From positions 698 to 64,697 of IMG/VR virus record IMGVR_UViG_3300027733_000056: a stretch of DNA of 64,000 bases, one strand, 5' to 3'. The position numbers were made by a program, and so were the translations under genes. Of this stretch, positions 42,570 through 51,600 are shown piece after piece. Below the pieces are notes generated by a model. The model made no database searches, was not told where the DNA came from, and saw nothing but the letters and a program-made list of their open reading frames with translations. How positions within the stretch are numbered: the first letter of the stretch is position 1; the number at the start of each line of letters is the position of its first letter. The stretch comes from a virus. Lineage: Duplodnaviria > Caudoviricetes.

Positions 42570-45521
42570 ATGGAACCGCTTGAGTTTCTAGCGGAGGTAC
42601 TGCCACCCCCCGGAAATGGTAAGTACTGTGTTGTTGAACTATCAAAGAACAAGGAGCATTTTTATGTAGACACACTAGAACAGGCGCAGCCAAAGATAGA
42701 CGCGTGGAAACAGCGTGGGCTGGATGTCTATTTTGCGCTGGGGACTTTTGGGGATTTGAAGCGCCGTATTGCAACCAATGTGCGGATGGTGCGCTGCATC
42801 GCAGTGGATGTGGACTGCAATCACCCCAAGGACATCCCCGACTCAACGGGTGTCATTTCCCCCAAAGCGTACCCATCGGCCCAAGCCGCTGCCCGCGCAA
42901 TCATGCAGTTTGCCGAAGAGGTCGGGTTGTCCGGGTTGGGTAGCCCTTGGCTAGTGGCTTCAGGCGGTGGTGTGCACGCATACTGGCCATTCAAAGACGC
43001 TGTGGACATCAACGAGTGGAAGCCGGTGGCCGAGGGGTTCAAGCGCCTGTGCTTTCAAAAGAAGCTGGACATTGACCAAACGATTACGGCAGATGCATCA
43101 AGGGTGCTGCGCGTCTTTGACACGATCAATACCGGCATCAAGAATAACAAAAAGGTACGTGAAGTCACCGATGTCAAGTTTAAAAATGCTGGCGATCACT
43201 TTGACTTTGACGACATCCGAGCGTTGGTCGAGCGCAACCTGATCGGCACAGCCTATGCGGTCAAGACGGTTGAGCCGAGCAACGCGCTGGTACTACCCGG
43301 ACAGCGCCCTACCAAGGAGGGTAAACCCTTAGTAGTACAGCTTTACGCCAATAGCATCACCAAGTTTGGCAACATCTTTAAGGCTACCCGCGCAGGCAAT
43401 GGTTGCGACCAGCTTCGCTATTACGTCGAGCATGCTGATGAGGATGGCATGGAGCCACTGTGGCGGGCGCATCTGAGCATTGCCAAGAAGTGCGAAGACG
43501 GGGAGAAGGCTGCGGCGTGGCTCAGTGGGTTGCACCCGTATGACGAAGACCGGATGCACAGGAAGCTGGCCGAGATCAAAGGGCCGTACCCCTGCACCAA
43601 GTTTGACTCCGAGAACCCCGGCGTGTGTATCTCTTGCAAGCACTGGGGCAAGATAACCAACCCCCTAGCCCTTGGTCGGGATGTGGCGCTGTCCAACGAG
43701 GCCAAGCAGGTGGAGGTGGTTGAGCCTGCGGTGTCTGATGAGGTGCGCCAAGTGCTGCGCCCTGAGCCGCCAAGGGGTTACTCCTACGGCGCAAACGGAG
43801 GTGTCTTTGTTGTCAAGGACGATGAGGATGCCAACGGCAATAAGGTGCAGCGCAAGATCATGCTGCTGGCGTACGACTTGTTTCCCGTGGACATACTGGT
43901 CACGAACAAGGAGCACACCATCCACATGGTAGCCCTGCGCCCCGAGGGTGGGCAGACAGTAACACTGCCCCAAAAATCCGTTGTCAGTAAAGAGGAAACG
44001 CTAAAGAGCCTTGCCAATCAAAACGTCTTGGCTACCTTTGGTGCTCTCAATGACGTTAACCTGTTCAATTACATACGAGCAAGTGTTGAAAAAATGAGTA
44101 ACGAAAAATCCCCTGTGCGTGTACCTGAAAGCTATGGCTGGCAAAACGATGACACTTTTGTCTTTGCTGGGCGTATCTACTCCAAAGGCAAGCCAATTGA
44201 TGTGCCTATGGCTGGTCTGGAGAACATCATCAACAACACCAAACCCACCGGTACGCTGGAGGGTTGGCGGGCATGCGTCAACATGTTGATACGCCGCGAG
44301 TTGTACGACATCTTGGCAGTTTTCCTTGCCGGTGCTGGCTCCCCATTGATGCGCTTTACTGGCCTGTACGGAATGACGTACCACTGTGCAGCGCGGGCTT
44401 CGGGTACTGGCAAGTCACTGGCGCTTGAGGCGGCGGCGTCTATTTGGGGGCATCCAGCGCACTACCGCACCGGCAAGAGCACCTCGATGGTCGCCATGCA
44501 ACAACGCCTTGGCCTGCTGCATAGCCTGCCCTTGGTGACTGATGAGATCACTTCCAAAAACCGCGAGTCACCTGAGTGGTTCTCCGAGTTCCTACTGGAC
44601 ATGACTGAGGGGCGGGGCAAGGAGCGTATGGAGTCCGGCGCTAACAAAGAGCGTCTGAACAACTCGACATGGGCGGGGCATGCCATCATGTCATCGAACA
44701 CTTATGTGGTGGACAGTCTGACTGGGACACGCAAGGTTGGCTCGGAGGGTGAGCTTCGCCGGGTGCTGGAGTTCCGCATGAACGAGGTGCTGACTTGGAC
44801 GCGGGAGGAGATTGCAATCATCAAGTCCCTGTCCCAAAACTATGCTGTAGCTGGTGAGGTGATGGCTGATTACTTTGCCAAGAACGTGCCGTTTTTAAAA
44901 GAGTTTGTGCCTGAGTTGGTGAACAAGATGCACGATGAGTACAACGCCACCAACGACGAACGTTTTTGGATAGGCAGCGTGGGCTGCAACATTGCTGCCG
45001 GAATCATCATGAGCGATGCCCACACAGGGCTGGTCAACTTGCCTTTGGACAAAATCATTGATGCGTACCGCAAGCGCATTGAGTACCAGCGTGTAGCTAT
45101 AAAAGGCAACAAGCGCAGCACAGAGGATGTGCTCAACGAGTTCATCCGCGAGAACTGGGGCCAGTTTGTGGTGGTCAACTACGGCACTACAGGCGGTGTG
45201 TTGGCGCAGATGGGTGACGGGGGCAGCATCGACAAGAGTACAACCCGCAAGGAGGTCAAGGGCCGGGTGGAGAACGGTGCTGCTGAGGGGTACGTTGACT
45301 TTTACCTTGAGGAGCGAGTGCTCAAATCGTTCTGCGCCACTATGAATTTTGGTTACGTGGAATTCAAAGAGCAGCTTGAAAGGATGTTCGTTGTCCAGTA
45401 CATACCCCGCAAAGACTTGATGTCTAAGACAAGCGGGCCACCGTTGCGCACGGCAGTCATCAAGATAACGAGGCCGCTAGATGAAGAACTTGAAAGTCAT
45501 CTATCCGTGGAAAAAAACTAG
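42570..45521 (+). CDS. Primase-helicase (RepB-type primase N-terminus plus DUF927 P-loop domain)
   Basis: DVD and SGGG.H.YW primase motifs, PY.C..F....P..C..C, SGTGKS Walker A, DE. Confidence 0.88.
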   Translation: MEPLEFLAEVLPPPGNGKYCVVELSKNKEHFYVDTLEQAQPKIDAWKQRGLDVYFALGTFGDLKRRIATNVRMVRCIAVDVDCNHPKDIPDSTGVISPKAYPSAQAAARAIMQFAEEVGLSGLGSPWLVASGGGVHAYWPFKDAVDINEWKPVAEGFKRLCFQKKLDIDQTITADASRVLRVFDTINTGIKNNKKVREVTDVKFKNAGDHFDFDDIRALVERNLIGTAYAVKTVEPSNALVLPGQRPTKEGKPLVVQLYANSITKFGNIFKATRAGNGCDQLRYYVEHADEDGMEPLWRAHLSIAKKCEDGEKAAAWLSGLHPYDEDRMHRKLAEIKGPYPCTKFDSENPGVCISCKHWGKITNPLALGRDVALSNEAKQVEVVEPAVSDEVRQVLRPEPPRGYSYGANGGVFVVKDDEDANGNKVQRKIMLLAYDLFPVDILVTNKEHTIHMVALRPEGGQTVTLPQKSVVSKEETLKSLANQNVLATFGALNDVNLFNYIRASVEKMSNEKSPVRVPESYGWQNDDTFVFAGRIYSKGKPIDVPMAGLENIINNTKPTGTLEGWRACVNMLIRRELYDILAVFLAGAGSPLMRFTGLYGMTYHCAARASGTGKSLALEAAASIWGHPAHYRTGKSTSMVAMQQRLGLLHSLPLVTDEITSKNRESPEWFSEFLLDMTEGRGKERMESGANKERLNNSTWAGHAIMSSNTYVVDSLTGTRKVGSEGELRRVLEFRMNEVLTWTREEIAIIKSLSQNYAVAGEVMADYFAKNVPFLKEFVPELVNKMHDEYNATNDERFWIGSVGCNIAAGIIMSDAHTGLVNLPLDKIIDAYRKRIEYQRVAIKGNKRSTEDVLNEFIRENWGQFVVVNYGTTGGVLAQMGDGGSIDKSTTRKEVKGRVENGAAEGYVDFYLEERVLKSFCATMNFGYVEFKEQLERMFVVQYIPRKDLMSKTSGPPLRTAVIKITRPLDEELESHLSVEKN

Positions 45522-45687
45522 GCGGGGGCAGGGGTTTTTCGTCCCCTGCCTCGACCCCGAACCCGTCCGCACCGAGGGTTTAAAGCGGGCGCTTGACCTG
45601 CGCCTGTTTGATGCCAAAGCGCAAGCCGGTATCCGCAGCGGCCTTACTGGGGTGTGGTTCTACCGCTTGCCGCCTCGGCCCGTTTGA
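45481..45687 (+). CDS. Small hypothetical protein ending the replication operon
   Basis: PW.....G.GFF.PCLD...G..GVWF.R. Confidence 0.65.
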   Translation: MKNLKVIYPWKKTRRGQGFFVPCLDPEPVRTEGLKRALDLRLFDAKAQAGIRSGLTGVWFYRLPPRPV

Positions 45688-48600
45688 TTGCCTGCACGTA
45701 GCGTTCAGACTGTAACTGACGTTGCTTGTTAAGCTGGTCGATGCGCTCTTGTTTTTTATCCGCTGGTATGTTGGAGCCCCGGATAATTTCTTCTTGCTTG
45801 CGCAGCGTGCCCATGAACTTCTCATACTGCATTGCCATCGGAGCCACCATGATTTCAGCGCGGTGGTCGGCAAGGAACTCTTTGGCATCTTCGAGCTTGC
45901 CGGTCTTGCGGTAGTTATCAAATGTCGCTTTCTTTTGCAACGCATCGGTAGCCAGCTTGTACACCACATCAGCATCCTCCCCGCCGTACTTGCGTTGGAA
46001 AGAACTACCAATCAACGGCATCTCCGATGGCCTGCGGGTAGGCGCTTCAACGGTTTCGCCAGTTTTAAATAGGCTGTCGGTAGCCGCTGCTGCCATCAAA
46101 GGCAAAGAGCCAAGGTAGCCAGACACAAGGTGCTCGATCTGAATTGGCGACAGGACAGGGGCTATCTTGCTCAGTTGCTTGGCAAGCTCAGTCGTGTTGG
46201 CGTAGTAGCGTGCTTCAGGGGACAGCTTTTGCAACCGCGCAGACTCCAACGGCGTTGCTTCAAACCCCGAGAAAAAGTTTTTGTTTGTGTAAACTTCTGC
46301 CAATGGCTTGACGATCTGCGGCACGCCCAAAGACGAGGAGCCGGGGATAGCGCCCACAAACATATCACGCAGCGCCCGTAGCTGCTGTGGCCCATCTGTC
46401 TCAGCCTTCATAGCATCCGCAGCCGCCACGGCAGCGGAGAAAAACCAACCAAACTCGTACGGAATTGGTAGCTTCAGCGGCTCTTCCATGCCGGGTACAT
46501 GCACAAAGAAGTTGCTGTACTTGTCTCTAGGCTTGGCGTTTCTGAAGTACTCGTCGTCGTCCATCAGCATGGCGTAGGCAAGGCCAGTACCCATGAGCAG
46601 CATGGCGTTGTTGTAGAACTTTTGTTTAATCTTCAGTTGCTCGTTAAAAGGCATGTTGCCCGAGGCTGCTTTGAACAACACGTTCAAGCCTTGGATTTGT
46701 GAGTTGAAGAAAGGTATCAGGCGGCTGGCGTATTGGATGCCGGGGGCCATGCCGCGCTTGTGAAAGTTCATCGACTCCATGACGGCAAAGTCAGCTTCGA
46801 CTTCGGACAAGCCATTGGCAATTGCGTTGTCGTATACCAACGCTCGTGTAGCGGCGTCTGCTTTCATTGCTTGGCGGTCAGCCATTGCAAAGAATTTTTC
46901 AAACGCATTCATGTCTTTGCCACTTGCAAGCTGCAAGGCAAACTTGGAAAGGTCATCCGGGTCGCCAGTGAAGATGCCGCTTTGTATCAAACCCTTTTCC
47001 AACAGCTTGGCGGCAGTTTCGCTCTGCCCGGTGTTCATCTTCAGGTACTCACTACCCGCCTTGTAGATGGCTTTGAGTGGGCCGTAGTCCAAACCAGCGG
47101 TAGCCGCAGCCGCAAACGGGTCACGGAACAACTGGCGCAACAGATAGACCGGGGTGCGCGTCACACCAGCGCGAAGGAAGTCCCCGGCTATGGAGCCCAG
47201 CTTCAGAAACGCGGGCAGCGTCAAGCTTGCGCCCTCAAGGCTCTTGACAATAAGCTCAGCGGGGATGCCACCAAATACTGTGTCATTAGTCTGCACCCGC
47301 AGCCAACGCTTACCGTTGTCGTCGGGCTTGTTGGGGTCAGCTTCTTGTTTCCAGCGAATAACGCTGGGGTCAGTTGGCCCATCGCCCCGGTTGATTGACA
47401 TCAAGTCCGTGACCTTACCTGTACGGGCGCTAAACTCCCCTTGGCCTTTACCCGCAGCTTGCATAGCGTAGGCTACATTGCGGGTAGCCATGTTGGTCAT
47501 AGCCATGTCCACCAATAGCATGGTGTTGCGCGGTAGTGACTTGTCCAGCGGCAGTATTTTGGTTTCGCCGCCTTTGAGTTCGGCAAGGTACGGCTGGTGG
47601 CGGATGTCGCCAATGGTGATGGTCTTGTCCCCACCAAGCACAAGCTGCGCAATACCGTTGTCGTTGACGCGGTAGTAAGGAACGTAGTCACCTTCTTTCA
47701 GGTAACTGTCGGCCTCCTTCTTGGTGATAGCGCCTGTCGATGCCAAGAAGCGGATCATGCCTTCGTTGTACTTGTTGTACAGATTGCGGGTTCGCTCCAG
47801 TGCATTTTTAAGCTGCTTGTCGGAGTCCACTTGCCGCATGGCAGCATCCAATTTTTCTTGCGTAACCCCCAGCGCCCCCAAGTCCAGCTTGGTCAACCCT
47901 TTGTTGGCAGCACGTTGCGCAATCATGTAAGCCGTTGCCAGCCCCATCTTGGCTTTCCCGTCGCCGTAACGGTCAGGGATGTCAGAGACAGATGCAAAGA
48001 TATCCTTGGCGCTGTTGGCGTTGGTGGTACGCACACCCTTGAAACCCTTGTCATCGGTGTACGTCTCCAACGGGCCATCGCTCAGAGCCGCCAGCACAAG
48101 CGGCATCTTCTGGTCAGCTTTGCGCACGCTGTACATAGCTTGCTGGAACAGGCGAGAGTCGCCAAGCTGCTTGGCCCCAAGCTCCATAGCCTTACTCAAC
48201 CCCGCACGCATATCGACTGTGTTCTGTTCAAACTGGAGCATCTTGTTGCCGCCAAGTTTTTCAAAGAAGGTCTTGTCCTGCGCAACGGTATTCCGCGCCA
48301 GTTCGGACAGGGCATCGTCCGAGGCGTAATCTGGCGCGTTAAGTACTTCGTTGGTCTCCCTTGTTTTTTGCCACCGTTGCATTTCATTTAACGGTTTGTT
48401 TTCCGCAAACGCTTCTTCGGTAATTTCCAAAGCATCGTTGAGCAAAGATCGTTCTTTAGGTTTGGAGAACCGGAAGAAACCAGCAAAAACATCAACCAGA
48501 CGCGACAACACAGATTTATTGGGTGTTTCAGAAGGAATCTGGTCAAGTAAATCTTGAAAACCTTTGTGCGAAAAAGTTTCTGCTAAAAACTCGTGCGTAT

Positions 48601-51600
48601 TAGTAAGTCCGTACACGCCTTTAGTAGTAAACCCAACCAACGCAACTTTATTAGCGCGGAAATATTTTTTTCCTTCTGGTGTTTGCAACCACTTTTCTAC
48701 GGTATTTTTTAAATGCTCAACCCGTGCATTAAAAGCGTTGTTTGTGTATAACCCACGAGATGTTGCAGCGTGCAATAACTCATGCAACAAAATTTTGGTT
48801 GCGTGCGGTGATCCTGCTGTAGAAATAGTTAAAACGTAGTTTTGTGCGGGGTTGTAGTGCCCCGCTACAGGGCGTTCTTTTCCGTCGGCTGATTTTTCAA
48901 TGCCTTTTTTTGACGTCACGTATACGCGCCCATGCATGTCATCCGAGTAAGCGTTACCGAGGACTTCCGCAAGGATGTCAAACAATTTTTTGCTAAGTGG
49001 GTTGCGTGCTTTTTCTGCGGCAATACGCGCTGCTTCGGCGTATGTCTTTCCGTGGTATGGACTAGATGTGTCCATTTCTGTGCCATATTTTTTGTCGATC
49101 TGCCTACCTTTAGCTGCAACCGCATCGTCAATATCTTGTTGAGAAAGTTTTGGGCTTTCTTTGGCAGTTTTCTTAACAGTGGGTGAAAGAACCGCTGGAG
49201 TCTTTTTTGGGATAGGGTTGCTTTCGCTTGAGTCAAGACGCTCGTTTGTTACGTTTTCAAACGTTTGAGTAGCTTCAGATACTGCACCAAGTTTTTCCTG
49301 TTGCTCTTTTGTAATGTCTTCGGCTTCAAGCAGTGCTTTTGCTGCATCAAGATTACTGCGGCTAATTTCCAACCTGTTGTCCGCTGCTTCGTACGCAGCC
49401 TTTGCGTCTTCCCTAACTTGCGCAGGCTGGCCTTTTGATGCTTCATACGCCTCGGTTGCTTTTTTCCAGTTAATTGCTGCCTCGTTGGCTTTTATCTGCG
49501 CCGCGTCTATGTTGGCTTGCAACCGTTCTAGTTGTTGCTGCCTATTGCTTATTGGTCTGCCTGAGCGCTTGCTCTCGGTCAGTTTAGCCACGTTGCTGGT
49601 TACGCCGCGTGTCACGGGGCCAGTGCGCGTCACACTTGATGGGGCTACGTTGCCGCGCTCCGATGCTTTGCGTTGAGGCGCTTGTGTCTCTGTTTCTTCA
49701 GCCGTTTTACCTTGGCGCTCCAAGGCTTCCACTTGCTCTATCCGCTGCGCAACTGAGTCGCGTTTGAGCCGGAGTATTTCCGTTTGCCGGAAAGCAGCGC
49801 CCTGCCCTTTAAAAGCAAAGACGGGGCTGGAACGTGCGCCCCCCGGTGTTTTGTTACGTTCACTTGGTATCAACTGCGATACTTTTACTTTGCTGACTTC
49901 AGGGTACTTGCCGGGTGGCAGGCTGGCAAACGTAACTAGCCCTGCTTCTTTAGCCTTTTGTTTTTCAAAATGAGACAGAGACTCCGCCCGCGCTGCTTTA
50001 ACTTTGTCTTCCAACGCATTGGCTTGGTTTTCCAGCGTGCCCAATTCCAGCTTCAACTTCTTTAAAGGCCACGCAAGGATTTGTTTTGCGTACTCTTTGT
50101 TGGACTTGGCAATACCTTCGGTCTTTAGTTGCTCGTTGTAAAACTCGTTGGCTTCTTGCAGCGCAGATTCCAAACGCATAATTTGCATTTGCTGTGGCTT
50201 GCCGGGAAGACCTTCTTTTTGTTTGTCTTCTAGTTCTTGTTTTAGCTCGTTAATTTCTTTTTCAATCGCGTCAATGTTGTCCATTGCCGCATTGGTGATT
50301 TGGTTTTGTACTTTGCCTGCGTACGTTGTTGACGTTATTGGCGCTACAGAAATGCCGCCCGGCAAAGCAGTTTTTTGTTTTGCTCCATACAGTCGGACGT
50401 TTTCTTCTTTTGTGCGCTGTGCCCGTGCTTGGTCACGCAGCGTAGCAAGTTGAGCCTCAATACCTGCACGGCGTTTTTTAACCGCAGCGGCAGCTTGTTC
50501 GTATGCTTTAGTGGAAGGGCTCTTGGCAGCTTCTTTACTTGCTGCGTCTGCTTCCTCTTTGGCAACAACGGCATTACGCAAGTCAACCTGCGCTTGAGCA
50601 ATTTCCTTTTTCAACACTTCGGGGTCTTTGCCACTATGTTCTAAATCCCACAGGGTCTTTTGTGCATCCATGACCGCAGGTATCTTGTCAATGTTGTCTT
50701 GCGTTTTAGACACGCTATTTAGCGTGCTGCGCAAGTCTGCCAGCATTGCCTGTGTGTTTTCTGCCGTTGTGCGCAGCTTACTAAACTGCGACATCTCTTG
50801 CCGTAGTTTTTTGTTTTGCCGCTGAAGCGTGTCTACCAAGACGCGGTTGTCTTTAATTTTTTTAAGCGCTGCCTCAAACATCACTATTGTTTGGGTGTCT
50901 TCCTGCCCAAAAACAAACGCGGGGGCTTCATACCCAATCTCACCAAACCCAAGTTTGGACTCTATCTGGCGTTTGAGACTTGCAATTTCGTTTTTGTACG
51001 CTTGCGTTTTCTCTGGTGCGGGTGCGGCTCCCTTTTTCTGAAGCTCCCTTAATTGCGCAGTTGCCGCTTCCAGTTTTGTTTCCAGCGGGGCAACGCCTGA
51101 CAGCATTTTATTTAGTCTGTCAATTTGCTCTTTACGTTTAGCAACCGCTTGCCTTGCCTCAGCAGCTTGTTTGTCCAACTCAGCCAGAGTCTTTGTGTAT
51201 ACGGCTACATCTTGGGTGAGCGCTTTGATTTCTTTTTCGTTGTCCACCGATGTCATAGCAAGTATGCTGCTGAACATCGGGTCGGCTTTAAGTTTGCCGT
51301 ACTGCTGGAGCAAGGCTACAACGTCGTCGTTGTCTTTGAGGATACTCTTGGCTGTGCCGCGCAAGTCAGATTCTGTAACCAATGCGTTGAGCTTGGCTTC
51401 CAGTTCATTGATTAAGCCAAAGTAGTACGTGACCTTTGGCGCTTGCTGCTTATGTACTTTGGTGCGTGCTTCAGCTTCGCGCATCTCTTTAACAATTTTG
51501 CTGTCAAGAAAACGGCGGAACATACCGGGGGTAGCGCGGCCCAGTGCGGTTGTGGGTACTTCCTTCTCAGGAAAAAGGGACATCTGGTCAATGTCTTTTT